64,000 nucleotides of DNA from Candidatus Bathyarchaeota archaeon (GCA_963832745.1 CAWHVC010000001.1:288001-352000), one strand, 5' to 3'; shown: positions 20,247 through 30,736, counted from the stretch's first letter. Numbers and translations: made by a program. The notes: a model not told the origin generated them from the letters alone.

Positions 20247-21002
20247 TTAGGCGTTATCGCTTGTCATTTTCTTTTTAAAAACTTCAACAGCCAGAGAAAA
20301 AGCTACAACCGCATACAAGCTAACAGTCAGCAGGGGCAATGCAAAATTGGCAAAGGTTAAAGCGTTTAAACTTAGAGCAGTTCGGGCTGCTAATACTGAT
20401 GGATAAAATGGAAAAATGCTGTACACTGTACTCAGTGTTGTTCCAGCCTCAATGGGCATCCATGCGCCACTCATGAATCCTGCGAGGGTAATGACTATTG
20501 AAGTTATTCCTGGAGCCGATTTATCGCTAAAAACGCTTCCGAAAAGTATCCCTACCCCAATAAAGAAAAACACTGCTGGAAAAACTGTTACGATGCTAAA
20601 AACAATACCAAGAGTGTTAAGTGCTGACCCAGTGAGTAGACCCATTATTGAAGCTGCAACGAAGCACGCAACTGCTTGCCCTAATGCAATAAGTAAACCC
20701 GGAATCGAATACCCAATTACGAAATCTACTGTTGTCATGGGTGAAGTGTAAAGTCTGCTTAGCAGAGAGGTTGTTCGATCTTTTGAAACCAGCAGCGCCA
20801 TATAAAGCATAACAAACGCAAAAGAGAAAACAGCGATACCCGGCGTCAATATTTCCAACGAAAACCAATAAGCTGTTTCCGAATAAAACACTACATAAAA
20901 AACTATAAGCATCACTATCGGAAGACCCAGCGAGAACACATAACTTAATGGGTCTCTAAGAATTTCTTTGATATTGCGTGAAGCAAATACAAATGCTCTC
21001 AT
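20247..21002 (-). CDS. ABC-2 type exporter permease
   Basis: RNIKEILRDP, RL.TSP, SGAW.P; six TM segments. Confidence 0.85.
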   Translation of the reverse strand: MRAFVFASRNIKEILRDPLSYVFSLGLPIVMLIVFYVVFYSETAYWFSLEILTPGIAVFSFAFVMLYMALLVSKDRTTSLLSRLYTSPMTTVDFVIGYSIPGLLIALGQAVACFVAASIMGLLTGSALNTLGIVFSIVTVFPAVFFFIGVGILFGSVFSDKSAPGITSIVITLAGFMSGAWMPIEAGTTLSTVYSIFPFYPSVLAARTALSLNALTFANFALPLLTVSLYAVVAFSLAVEVFKKKMTSDNA

Positions 21003-21730
21003 GCAATAACCGCCTCAGTAGCAAATTTGATGAAGGCATCTTCAAACGTTTCTTTACCAGAAATCGCAATTAACTCCTTGGGTGTCCCCATAGCCTTGAG
21101 TTTACCGTTTGATAAGATACCTATTTGGTCAGAAAGAGCTTCAGCTTCTTCCATGTAATGAGTTGTTAGAATTATTGTGACTTTTCCTTTTAGATGCAAT
21201 ATTAAAGTCCATAATTCGCGGCGTGCGAGCACATCAAGACCTGATGTTGGTTCATCAAGGAACAAGATTTGAGGGTCTGAAATTAACGCCATAGCAATAC
21301 TTAATCTTCGTTGCCAGCCACCTGACAAAGTTTTTGCTTTTTCTTTTTCAATACTGGAAAGACCTAATTTTGAAATAATTTGGGCAGTTTTTTCTTGAAC
21401 CTCTATTTTATTCAGTCCATATATGGCCGCGATTAATTCGAGGTTTTCTTTAACTGAAAGGTTTGGTGCTACAGCAGTTTCTTGAGGGGACATATTTGTG
21501 ATTTCTTTTACTTTTTGGGGGTTTGTAAGGATACTGTAACCCATTATTGTTGCGTCGCCTGATGTAGGGATTGTCAGGCATGAAAGCATTTTTATGGTTG
21601 TAGTTTTTCCTGCACCGTTAACGCCGAGTAGGGCAAATATTTGGCCCTGATTAATAGCCAGATTTAATGAATCAACGGCGATTTTTGAGCCATATTTTTT
21701 ATGGAGATTTTTTGTTTGGATACCAATCAT
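20999..21730 (-). CDS. ABC exporter ATP-binding protein
   Basis: GVNGAGKTT, LSGGWQRR, LDEPT, TTHYMEEAE. Confidence 0.9.
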   Translation of the reverse strand: MIGIQTKNLHKKYGSKIAVDSLNLAINQGQIFALLGVNGAGKTTTIKMLSCLTIPTSGDATIMGYSILTNPQKVKEITNMSPQETAVAPNLSVKENLELIAAIYGLNKIEVQEKTAQIISKLGLSSIEKEKAKTLSGGWQRRLSIAMALISDPQILFLDEPTSGLDVLARRELWTLILHLKGKVTIILTTHYMEEAEALSDQIGILSNGKLKAMGTPKELIAISGKETFEDAFIKFATEAVIA

Positions 21731-21960
21731 TTTTTCTCACCATCACCCATTACGCTAGAAAAGACCTTTGTTAATTCGGTACTTGTGATTATGGCAAGTC
21801 CTTGTTTTTCATCACCAACTAACAAAAGTGAATCTCCTGGGTTTATGTTGAAAATAGTGCGAGCTTTTTTTGGAATTACGATTTGGCCTTTTTCGCCTAC
21901 TTTAACTAATCCGAATATGTGTTTTCCCTTTGGTGCACTCATCAGAATTTCTTCCAACAA
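21727..21960 (-). CDS. AbrB/MazE/SpoVT family DNA-binding protein
   Basis: VKVGEKGQIVIPK.AR..F.I.PGD; leads the ABC operon via an ATGA overlap. Confidence 0.88.
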   Translation of the reverse strand: MLEEILMSAPKGKHIFGLVKVGEKGQIVIPKKARTIFNINPGDSLLLVGDEKQGLAIITSTELTKVFSSVMGDGEKK

Positions 21961-22082
21961 CTAAGTAATTAAATGCATATAAGTAGGTTTTGTATAACTT
22001 TTCATACTTTTCTAACAAAAACAAAATGCGTGAAAAAATATTAATGAAAAAAACAAAAAAATACGTAATGATTTTTAAAAAA

Positions 22083-22691
22083 TTAACATTTTTTAGCTAC
22101 ACAGATAAAGTAGCTTTCATCATCCCTTTCAAAAATAACCGTGAGACCATTTTCTTTCATCATTTGTTTAAGCAGTTCCATACTGGGCAGGAAATCGTTC
22201 TCAATCTCCACACCGCCTTCCATGTGTACACCGTTAATTTTTTTAGCTGAATCAGAATGAGCTACTACAAAATGTCCACCCTTCTTTAGAGTAGTATATA
22301 ACGTTTTTATTGCTAAAGGTTGGTCAAGAAAGTGAGGAAAACAGGAGTAGCAAACTACCAAGTCAAACTCACAATCAAAGGGCAAGTCATAAACATCAGA
22401 GACCAAAAATGAAATCAACGGATGCTCTTTTTTCGGATATTTTGTACGCGCCACTTCAATCATTTTTTCAGAGTAGTCTACGGCGACAACCTTGCCATTT
22501 ATTAGGTGTTGCTCGTAGAAGGGAATCATTATACCCGTTCCGGTGCCGACATCCAGTATCTTATCGCTGCTTTTGATTTCTAACAAGTTAGTAATATATT
22601 GAATTTTTTCCAGATTATGAACGGTGATTTTGTCCCATTTTTCTGCTCGCTCATTAAAGAAGTCCTTTTGTTTTGGATTGTGCATTTTCAT
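22083..22691 (-). CDS. Class I SAM-dependent methyltransferase
   Basis: ILDVGTGTG, D.S..M, YSCFPHF; last gene of the Fe/B12-type ABC operon. Confidence 0.85.
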   Translation of the reverse strand: MKMHNPKQKDFFNERAEKWDKITVHNLEKIQYITNLLEIKSSDKILDVGTGTGIMIPFYEQHLINGKVVAVDYSEKMIEVARTKYPKKEHPLISFLVSDVYDLPFDCEFDLVVCYSCFPHFLDQPLAIKTLYTTLKKGGHFVVAHSDSAKKINGVHMEGGVEIENDFLPSMELLKQMMKENGLTVIFERDDESYFICVAKKC

Positions 22692-22710
22692 TTCAAATAT
22701 TTGTCTCCAT

Positions 22711-23464
22711 TTATATTGGTATAACTATAGGTATACCTCGAACACTTTCAACAAAAGCATCAACGTTGTATACCTGCTTGATGTTTGCGGGGGTTATTAC
22801 TTCATGACCGCCCACTGCGTAAACTACCCCATCTTTCATTAAGATGAACTTGTCGGAATGTCTGATAGCCAAGTTGAGGTCATGAATAACCATGATTGCA
22901 GCCATATGATTCTTTTTGACAATGTTCTGAATTAAATGCATGATCATATGTTGGTTTGATAGGTCCAAATTGCTTGTGGGTTCATCTAAAAGAATTACTT
23001 TCGGTTGTTGCACCAAAACTCTGGCTATTTGGACTAACTGGTATTCTCCACCACTAATCTCGTCGACATATTTTAGTGATAACCCGTCCAAACCGAGCAA
23101 ATGGAGAACTCTTCCAGCCAATCTAACGTCTCTCTCAGAGGCATCCCATTCAAAATGCGGTTTTCTACCTAAAAGTACTGAATCAAACACTGTAGTTTGG
23201 GATGTCTCACTTTTTTGTGCTACGTATCCAATATTTTTGGCGATGTCTCGCTTGCTCATTTGGTAAATTTCAGCATCATTAATAGAAACTGAACCAGCTT
23301 GTGGGGTGAGAACCTTGCCTATACATTTTAGCAGAGTTGTTTTTCCGACACCGTTAGGTCCTAGAACAGATATTACATCATCCGCGGTTAACTTTGAAAG
23401 ACACGCCGTCTAGAACCCGTTTGCTACGGTAAGAGAAGTTGATGCCGTTTACTTCGAAGAACAT
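22711..23464 (-). pseudogene. Fe-siderophore/cobalamin-type ABC ATPase with a 1-nt insertion near 23385
   Basis: ATG at 23464 reads MFFEVNGINFSYRSKRVLDGVSFKVNRG*; the shifted frame continues DVISVLGPNGVGKTTLLKC into ORF 22711-23259 (ISGGE, LLDEPT, HDLNLA). Confidence 0.8.
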
Positions 23465-24588
23465 TACTTACGATACCTCCTGATTAGCAGGTATATAAAT
23501 AGGGGCCCTCCAAGCATTGAAGTGATTATACCCACAGGTATAACTGAAGGATAAAGAATGACTTGACCAACCCCATCAGCCAAGATTAAGATAATAGCAC
23601 CAATTATAATCGAGAGAGGTATTAGGTATCGGTGGTCACTTCCAATAATCATTCGAGCGATATGTGGCGCAAGAAGACCTATGAAAGCAATAATGCCAAA
23701 GAAGGAAACAATAATGGATGATAGAATGGACGTTAAAATCATGCCTACGATTCGTTCGCGTTCTGTATTTACGCCCAAACCTTTTGCCGTATCTTCGCCA
23801 GCGTCTAAGGCGTTATAATCCCATCTCTTGTAGAAAAAGTAAAGCGCCACTGGCAATAACACCAGAAGAATCAATGAGTTCCATGACCAAGTTGCTTTCC
23901 CTAAATCCCCAAAAGTCCAAGCAACAATATTGCCCAATTGAGAGTCAGTCGCTATATATTGCATAAATGATAAGCCAGCAGAGAACATTACGTTGATGGC
24001 GACACCGGCGAGTATAATGGTCTCGGCGCTTACCCGGGTAAGTTTTGTTAGAAGCAATATGGAACCTGTAGCAAGCAATGAGAACACAAATGCGCAGATG
24101 GTGGTAACATAGGGGTTACTGATAGAAACTATGGAAGTCATGGCACTGCCAGCACCGAGAAAAATAATGCCAAAAGAGGCACCAAACGCAGCGGCGCTAG
24201 AAATACCTAAAGTAAACGGTGAAGCCAAAGGATTACGCAAGATGCACTGCATTACTACGCCAGCAACAGCTAAACCTGCACCAGCAAGTAAAGCGCCAAC
24301 AATTCTAACCATGCGAATATTCCATATGACACCACCCACACCGTGGGTATCAAAGGTAAAGATTGATTTCATAACGTCTACAAAAGAAATGTTAATAGGT
24401 CCACTCTGGGCAGCGATAATTACGCATACAACCAGCAGCAGTAAACCAGCGAGCATGAACAGAAGCTTCCGTTTTATGAAACCCTTGTAGGCTTTTGAGG
24501 TTTGGTTGCTTTCTTGTTCGTTGTCTTCGTAAATGTCAAATGCTTCGTGTTGGTTTTGATCGTGCGCTACCTGGTTTTCAGTCGTTAT
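23464..24588 (-). CDS. FecCD/BtuC family ABC permease
   Basis: IWNIR..R, GAGLA..G.VMQ..LRNPLASP, FIGL..PH, PVG..T...G.P. Probable ATA start at 24588. Confidence 0.88.
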   Translation of the reverse strand: MTTENQVAHDQNQHEAFDIYEDNEQESNQTSKAYKGFIKRKLLFMLAGLLLLVVCVIIAAQSGPINISFVDVMKSIFTFDTHGVGGVIWNIRMVRIVGALLAGAGLAVAGVVMQCILRNPLASPFTLGISSAAAFGASFGIIFLGAGSAMTSIVSISNPYVTTICAFVFSLLATGSILLLTKLTRVSAETIILAGVAINVMFSAGLSFMQYIATDSQLGNIVAWTFGDLGKATWSWNSLILLVLLPVALYFFYKRWDYNALDAGEDTAKGLGVNTERERIVGMILTSILSSIIVSFFGIIAFIGLLAPHIARMIIGSDHRYLIPLSIIIGAIILILADGVGQVILYPSVIPVGIITSMLGGPLFIYLLIRRYRK

Positions 24589-24626
24589 TTTACACCGCCA
24601 AAAAAAGGAAAAATGTGGAATTTTTT

Positions 24627-25733
24627 TTAAGAAACGAATTGGATAATGACTGGACCGCATCCGTTGCCTGTTTGGCCTGCTGCTATTTGGGAGTAGGTTA
24701 TTGTTGTTCCAGGGTAGAACAGGTTTATGATTTCGTTGGCTTTGTCTTGGAAATTCCATGAATATTGGTCACCATTCATTGTGGCTGCTACGTAGTAGAC
24801 GTTTATCAATTGGTTTTCCCAATTGGTGCCATAGCATTTGTAAACCAATGTTGAATAGATGTTGTCATTTTTTATTGCTGAAACGCTGTCTAAGCCAGTA
24901 TTTGTATTTATGTATTCAGTAATCGAGTTTATTGAATCGTTTAAACCGATACTATCTATGAATATGTAGTCGGGGTTTGCAGCGATGAGGGTTTCTAAGG
25001 TAATTGTGTATGGTTGACCATTATCTGCTGGTTCAATAGCGTTGGGTATATTGGAGTAATCGAATGGCAGATAGTTACCAGAGCCTTTCAAGAATGATGC
25101 TCCACCGTAATAGAACATGCCACATGCATATGCTTTTTCAGAGGAGGATGTGGAGGCCGCAGATGTTATGCTGGTAATCATTTGTTCAATGCCATTATTG
25201 AGTTCAGTTGCCCTGTTTTGTTCACCAAGTAATGTTCCCAAAGAAGTTATCTGTTCATAGAAAGCGTCTCCGAATTCAAGATTGGCGTTAATTACATACA
25301 CTGGAATGTTAGTTTGCGATTGCAGGTTGTCTGCAGCGGCTACATCTTCGGCCGTTGAAGTAATGATTATGCTGGGGTTTAAGTTCAATATTGCTTCGGC
25401 GGTTGGTGCTACTTGTGGCAGATTTGAGAATTTTTCTTTGTTCATTAGATAATATGTCTGGTCGTCTCGTGTGTTGAATGTTCCTGCAGCTTCGATTGCT
25501 TGGACTTTGTCAACGGCGTCAAAGTAGGAAACTAATCGTAGGGAGCATGCGCCCACACAATAGATGGAGTCTATTTTTTGTGGAACATTTACTGTTCTGC
25601 CTAAAGCATCAGTGACTGTTAATTCGGCACCTTGATTGTTACCCTGACTTAATGTAAGGCTGTAAACAACCCCTATGGCTGCGACTAGAATTATTACTGC
25701 TGCCACGATTGCGAAGATTTTGTTTTTTCCCAT
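24627..25733 (-). CDS. Fe/B12-type (BtuF/FhuD class) ABC substrate-binding protein
   Basis: N-terminal TM anchor, VTDALGR.V.VP, E.IL.LNP, ETL...NPDYIFID. Confidence 0.85.
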   Translation of the reverse strand: MGKNKIFAIVAAVIILVAAIGVVYSLTLSQGNNQGAELTVTDALGRTVNVPQKIDSIYCVGACSLRLVSYFDAVDKVQAIEAAGTFNTRDDQTYYLMNKEKFSNLPQVAPTAEAILNLNPSIIITSTAEDVAAADNLQSQTNIPVYVINANLEFGDAFYEQITSLGTLLGEQNRATELNNGIEQMITSITSAASTSSSEKAYACGMFYYGGASFLKGSGNYLPFDYSNIPNAIEPADNGQPYTITLETLIAANPDYIFIDSIGLNDSINSITEYINTNTGLDSVSAIKNDNIYSTLVYKCYGTNWENQLINVYYVAATMNGDQYSWNFQDKANEIINLFYPGTTITYSQIAAGQTGNGCGPVIIQFVS

Positions 25734-25760
25734 GTGAAATACTTCCATTGAATAACAAGA

Positions 25761-25790
25761 CGTATTACATTTTTATAATTTAGTAATACG
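25761..25790. promoter_or_regulatory. Palindromic operator CGTATTAC-N14-GTAATACG (NikR-type GTATTA-N16-TAATAC)
   Basis: Perfect 8-bp inverted repeat ~30 bp upstream of the substrate-binding gene start; half-site and spacing match the E. coli NikR operator GTATGA-N16-TCATAC. Confidence 0.7.
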
Positions 25791-25929
25791 GAAGAGTTAA
25801 TAAATTTTCTGGGACAAAAAAAGAAGTAAATCTATCAAACACTTGCCAGTTAAAAAAACCAGTAAACAACAAAATAAATAAAAAAATATACCACAAAATA
25901 ACTCAACAAACTACGATGTAAAATTTTAA

Positions 25930-26007
25930 TGGTGGGCCGAACCGGATTCGGACCGGCGACCTTCTGCACGTCAAGCAGATGTCCTAACCAGGCTAGACGA
26001 CCGGCCC
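25930..26007 (-). tRNA. tRNA-Val(GAC), CCA encoded
   Basis: GGGCCGG acceptor; anticodon arm TCTGC-TTGACGT-GCAGA; T-loop reads TCCGAAT; 3' ACCA. Confidence 0.92.
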
Positions 26008-26242
26008 ACTTTTCTGCGATATTGCTAATGTGACTTCGTGCTGGTATTAAACCGTTTTCCTTCTAATACACAAGTTATCGACGGATTGCATGGTTAAACC
26101 CTTAAGTAAATTACCCTAAACCAACAAAGAAACGAAATACCGTAAAACCAGCCACTTTTGGAATATATCGTGAATGGGAATTCACTACTTAAATACGAAT
26201 TATAACCTATAATTTAGAATCAGGAGAAAGGAGAAGGCAATC

Positions 26243-26599
26243 GTGTTTCACGTTCATGTTAGGACATTCCCTAGTTCAGCGCTCATCTTAGCCGGTTCAA
26301 TGGACTGGTTAACCACCGTGTTAGGATTAAACTTTTTCGGAGCTGCTGAAGCAAATCCATTCATTTCAGGAATTGCAAATCAAAATATTCTGGCTTTCAC
26401 AGCAATAAAGCTTTTAACCACATTGTTTGTGGGATTGATTTTTTACCAAGCTGACAAGTGCTTGCTTAAAACTGAAGACAAGACAACCAAATCGTTCAAA
26501 TGGACGAGACTTACTTTAAAAATGGCGTATGTCGGTGCCACTGCAATGTTGATTATGGCTGTAATAAACAACATCTTAATTTTAGCAAACTTTATTTAA
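26243..26599 (+). CDS. DUF5658-like small membrane protein
   Basis: D.LTT..G....GA.EANP, K in the second TM, C-terminal NN motif. Confidence 0.7.
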   Translation: MFHVHVRTFPSSALILAGSMDWLTTVLGLNFFGAAEANPFISGIANQNILAFTAIKLLTTLFVGLIFYQADKCLLKTEDKTTKSFKWTRLTLKMAYVGATAMLIMAVINNILILANFI

Positions 26600-26798
26600 T
26601 CAATTTTTTTCTTCCATTTTTTAGCTATTAACGGCTTAACGTAATTTTTGATTTCCCTAAAGATTAGGTAAATAGAAAAGCAAGAAACAATTATTTTAGG
26701 CAAATTATAGCTAAATTGCTTAGACCAGTAAGAACTGCTTTAAAAGTTTAATTAAACAAAAAAAGAAAAAAGGTTTTGATTTGGTTTTTTGCGATTGC

Positions 26799-29327
26799 TT
26801 ATTTCTTTCTGAGGATCAACAGACCAACAATTGCAACTACTGCAATAATTGCAATACCCATACCGATTGTGTACATTTCGTATGGTGTGTTTGCAATTTG
26901 TGTTGGTGTTGCTGTTGGTTGTGCTGCTGCGACTGTCATTGCATTTTGTGCGTATGAGCTGTAGTATGCTGCTGAGCCTGCGAATGTTGCATAGATTGTG
27001 TATTGTCCGTCAGTTGTTGGGGTAAATTCAAATGCGAAGTGACCGCTTGCATCGCTTGTTGTGTCACCGAGGTGTACTGGGTTACCGTTTGGATCAGTTG
27101 CATCGATTGAGATTGCGACACCTGTTGCGCTCATTGGTTGTGAGAATTGCTTGTATACGTAAAGCATCCATTCGCTTTGGTATTGGTCTGCAACGACTGG
27201 AACACCGTTCGGGAATCTTAATTGTAGTGCGTCACTTGAAACGCCTGGTGAGTTGTCCATGATTGTTCCTTTAAGCATAACTGCTGTGTTTGCTGCAACT
27301 GCTGTATCTGGTGCTGTAAGTGTCATTGTGCTTGGACCTTTGCCGATTGCATAGATTTGTTGGTCGTATGTGTCCATTGTTGCGATGATGCTGTCACCGA
27401 TGAGTGCGCGTCCACCCCATCTTGTTTGGCGGAATAGACCATTTGCTCTCCAGACCATTGCGCCTGTTTCTGCATCAAGTGCAAAGAACGGTGCGCCTCT
27501 TGGTTTAGGATCAAGTGCAGAGTGCTCTAAGCTACCAAAGTAAATCTTACCGTCTGAAACGAATAGTGGCATGATCCACCAGTTGTTTGTTAGGTATGAT
27601 TCGTGGTATGGGTCGTTTGCTGTTACGTTCCATTTGAGGTTGCCTGTGTTGATGTCATAGCAGTATACGATACCGCCGACGGTTGCTGAGTATAGGTTGT
27701 GGTATGCAATAACACGGTCAGGACCGAATGATGCTAGTACTGTGTCACTCCATGCGTCTGCATAGACTTGTGGTGCTGTCTTCCAAAGGTATGTACCGTT
27801 TGAAAGGCTGTATGCATAGTGAACTCTGTTTTCTTTTGACCAGAAGATTGCAACATTGTCCTCTTGACTCCATTGTGCCCAGCCTGCTTGGCCGATGCTG
27901 CTAATGGTTATGCTGCCTGTTCTCCATTCAGTTGGTGCTGGATTTGCAGTGTTGAATAATAATGCGCCTTCATGGCCTGTAGCTAAGCTGAATGCCCATA
28001 ATTGAACAGTGTCGTATGATACGCTGGCTAGAATTACTTTGTCACCGACGTATGCTTTTTGGATTGTTGTGTTGCCTGTTGCTGGGAATGTTCCGGCTGC
28101 TGCTGTGTTGTATGCTGGAATTGAAACGTTCAAGTCGTATCCGCGTGCTGTTGCATCGTAGGATACACCTTGGACTTGGCTACCCCAGCTTTCTGACATG
28201 CCGACTTTGCCTTTAGTTACAACATAGCTTGAGTTCCATTGTAGTAATCTGTAATCTGGGTTTGTTGAGTTTCCGTAGTTAACGATTGAGTATTTCATGA
28301 TTTCGCCGTTTGGACCGATGTAGTTGGTTCCGCCTGGTACGTTGGTCATGTTGTATCTCAAGATACCGCTTTCAGCGTCTACACCATACCAGGTGGTACC
28401 GCTAACTAGCCATATGTATGAGAATGCACCACGGTTGTTTAGACAGTCCCAGTATAGGGTTTGTCCGATGGATATTCTACCACCGCCGAAGCCATAGTTG
28501 TTTTCCCACAGAGTTTTGCCTGTGTGTAGGTCAACTGCAACGATTGTTTGTGTTGGTGCGTTGCTGACATATCTGTTATAGTATAGAACGCCGCTAATTA
28601 TGACTGAACCTGAGAATTTGCCTTCATAAGCGTCACCGTTCTGGTAACCGTGGTCGCCAGTGTCGCCGCCTACTAGACCGCCGTTAGTGTCGCCAATTGG
28701 CATAGTCCAAAGAATGTGTGCTGTTTCTGGTGCATCATTGTATGGTGCATATAGATTTTCTGGTCTTGTTGTCCAGCTGCCAGAGATTGACCACCATTCA
28801 CGAAGTTGTGAATCAATTGGTCTTGTCCAGTATTCAGTTGGAAGTGATTGACCCGGATAGGTTGGAACTGCGTCTTGTTGTACAGTTAGGTTTAGAACTT
28901 CGCTGTCAGCTGCGCCATAGAGTCCGCCCATTTGAGTGCCGTAAGAATTGAATGTATAGTTAGTTTCTGGGAAGTGACATTGTAACTGGTAAGTGCCGAC
29001 TTTCTCTGGTGTAAAGTATTGACCGACTGTGCCGGTTGACCATGTTTTCAGTGGACCGATTGTTGTAACTTGTCCGTCTGGATCAGTGATTGTACATGTG
29101 ACGTTCCAGCCATCACCGTCAGCGGCCAGATAGTTTAGGAGACCGAAGTTAACCAAAACTTTTTGACCGACGCCGACTGGGTTTGGAATTGCGTCAACAA
29201 ATGGATAAGCTGTGATTGTGTCTGCTGCAGTAACAGTGTTTGGCAATGCAAACATTGAGACAGTAAATGACAATACCATCAATATTGCGAGTGTTGAAAG
29301 TACAGTTTTACTTTTAAAATTTTTCAA
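26799..29327 (-). CDS. Large cell-surface PQQ-like beta-propeller repeat protein
   Basis: Signal peptide, PNPVGVGQ, repeated A.D..TG...W motifs, Ig-like C-terminal domain, TM plus RKK; visibly biased codon usage. Confidence 0.85.
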   Translation of the reverse strand: MKNFKSKTVLSTLAILMVLSFTVSMFALPNTVTAADTITAYPFVDAIPNPVGVGQKVLVNFGLLNYLAADGDGWNVTCTITDPDGQVTTIGPLKTWSTGTVGQYFTPEKVGTYQLQCHFPETNYTFNSYGTQMGGLYGAADSEVLNLTVQQDAVPTYPGQSLPTEYWTRPIDSQLREWWSISGSWTTRPENLYAPYNDAPETAHILWTMPIGDTNGGLVGGDTGDHGYQNGDAYEGKFSGSVIISGVLYYNRYVSNAPTQTIVAVDLHTGKTLWENNYGFGGGRISIGQTLYWDCLNNRGAFSYIWLVSGTTWYGVDAESGILRYNMTNVPGGTNYIGPNGEIMKYSIVNYGNSTNPDYRLLQWNSSYVVTKGKVGMSESWGSQVQGVSYDATARGYDLNVSIPAYNTAAAGTFPATGNTTIQKAYVGDKVILASVSYDTVQLWAFSLATGHEGALLFNTANPAPTEWRTGSITISSIGQAGWAQWSQEDNVAIFWSKENRVHYAYSLSNGTYLWKTAPQVYADAWSDTVLASFGPDRVIAYHNLYSATVGGIVYCYDINTGNLKWNVTANDPYHESYLTNNWWIMPLFVSDGKIYFGSLEHSALDPKPRGAPFFALDAETGAMVWRANGLFRQTRWGGRALIGDSIIATMDTYDQQIYAIGKGPSTMTLTAPDTAVAANTAVMLKGTIMDNSPGVSSDALQLRFPNGVPVVADQYQSEWMLYVYKQFSQPMSATGVAISIDATDPNGNPVHLGDTTSDASGHFAFEFTPTTDGQYTIYATFAGSAAYYSSYAQNAMTVAAAQPTATPTQIANTPYEMYTIGMGIAIIAVVAIVGLLILRKK

Positions 29328-29569
29328 TTTTTTTCTTTTTCTCCATTAGTTTATATCTCAGAAAAATAACTAAATTGCTATTTAACTCTTATTGTTAATC
29401 ATTAGTTCAAGTAATCGAATCCCTCCGAGCTGAAGTATAGATTCATTAGAAAAGTAAACCAAAGGGATAACTAAACAAACAGCTACTTAAAAGAAGGCTT
29501 TTACAAACAAAAAACGATTGTAAATTAGGCATTTGATAACACAAGAGCTTAATAAGCCTTATGGCATGA

Positions 29570-29920
29570 ATGAACTGGATGGACACATTCAAACCAACAA
29601 TAGTTTGGCTTATCCTAAACAGCAAAACAGAAGAAGCCTTAACACTACTTTCAGAACATTACAACATAAAAACGCCAAAACTAAAAGTAGGTTTACCCAA
29701 AGGTCACAAAGCATTAGCATACGGCTGCTACACCTCAAAAACCGAAACAATAACCGTTCTAAACAGTGAAATGCTAAACAACCCCTTCGTCATACTTCAC
29801 GAGTTTTATCATCACCTCAGAAGCAGAGGAGTTGATAAAATCCACAGAGGCACAGAAAAAAATGCAGATAAATTCGCGTTAGATTTTATCGAGACATACA
29901 AGCTAGCAGCAAATTCATAA
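29570..29920 (+). CDS. Small HEXXH zinc metalloprotease-like protein
   Basis: ILHEFYHH followed by E..AD.FA. Confidence 0.65.
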   Translation: MNWMDTFKPTIVWLILNSKTEEALTLLSEHYNIKTPKLKVGLPKGHKALAYGCYTSKTETITVLNSEMLNNPFVILHEFYHHLRSRGVDKIHRGTEKNADKFALDFIETYKLAANS

Positions 29921-29929
29921 AACAAGCGC

Positions 29930-30322
29930 TTATTCGTCTGTAACTTGTACGGGCAATTTTTCGCCATAACAATTATAAGCTACAATGTCACGCTCGCTTT
30001 GGTAGGGAAAACCTACAATCATCATTATTCGACCATAGAAATGGTTAGCGTCAACATCTGAAGCAGATTTATTTCCTGACGGATGCGAATGAACCATACC
30101 CATAATCGAAAAATCCATCGGCAACATGTGATAAGGCAAATTAGCAAAACCATAACCGTAAGTCGCAAATGGCGGCACAAGCAGATCAGTAATGTGAATT
30201 GTGTCTTTCTTCTTTTTACCTCTTAAAATAAGCACGGTTTCTTTTGGGTAAAGCTGCTTTGCGCTTTCAAAAATCGCTTCCAGCACTTCTCGGGTTATTG
30301 AGACGGCTATAGTTTTTGCCAT
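29930..30322 (-). CDS. JAB1/MPN/Mov34 (JAMM) metalloprotease
   Basis: YP.E...ILRG and VHSHPSG...S..D JAMM motif. Confidence 0.85.
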   Translation of the reverse strand: MAKTIAVSITREVLEAIFESAKQLYPKETVLILRGKKKKDTIHITDLLVPPFATYGYGFANLPYHMLPMDFSIMGMVHSHPSGNKSASDVDANHFYGRIMMIVGFPYQSERDIVAYNCYGEKLPVQVTDE

Positions 30323-30633
30323 AGAACGCAAATCATCGTGGACGTTTATTTGTTTTTCCCAAAATGGCGTTCGGCAGTGAGAAATATCAATGCAGAACAG
30401 TCTTGTACTATTTTTTAGAACAAACGGATAACTTGCCAAATTGAAGATAAACAGGTTGTAGTTTGGGGAAGAGCAAATTAGAAAACTTTGCACTCACAAA
30501 AATAATTCAACCAACAGTCAAATTATCTAAGTTACCTAAAAAGACAGCAAAGGAATAGTATATGCTAAAATACATAATCAAACAAGCAAACACAACAGAA
30601 ATAAACCAGAAGAATGATTACTGTTAAACCGTT

Positions 30634-30718
30634 GCCGGGATGGCAGAGTGGTTAACGCGCGGGCCTTGAGAGCCCGTGGATCATCCGGTCCGCATGGGTT
30701 CGAATCCCATTCCCGGCG
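30634..30718 (+). tRNA. tRNA-Ser(TGA)
   Basis: GCCGGGA/TCCCGGC acceptor; anticodon arm CGGGC-CTTGAGA-GCCCG; long variable arm; GGTTCGAATCC. Confidence 0.93.
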
Positions 30719-30736
30719 CCTAATTGTTCCAAACAA

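Noticed and set aside
20247-26007. Integrated element at tRNA-Val
   Set aside because: No integrase and no duplicated tRNA 3' end were found by eye.
26168-26183. GTGAAT-N4-ATTCAC palindrome upstream of the DUF5658-like gene
   Set aside because: Single short instance with no second copy noticed; may be chance.
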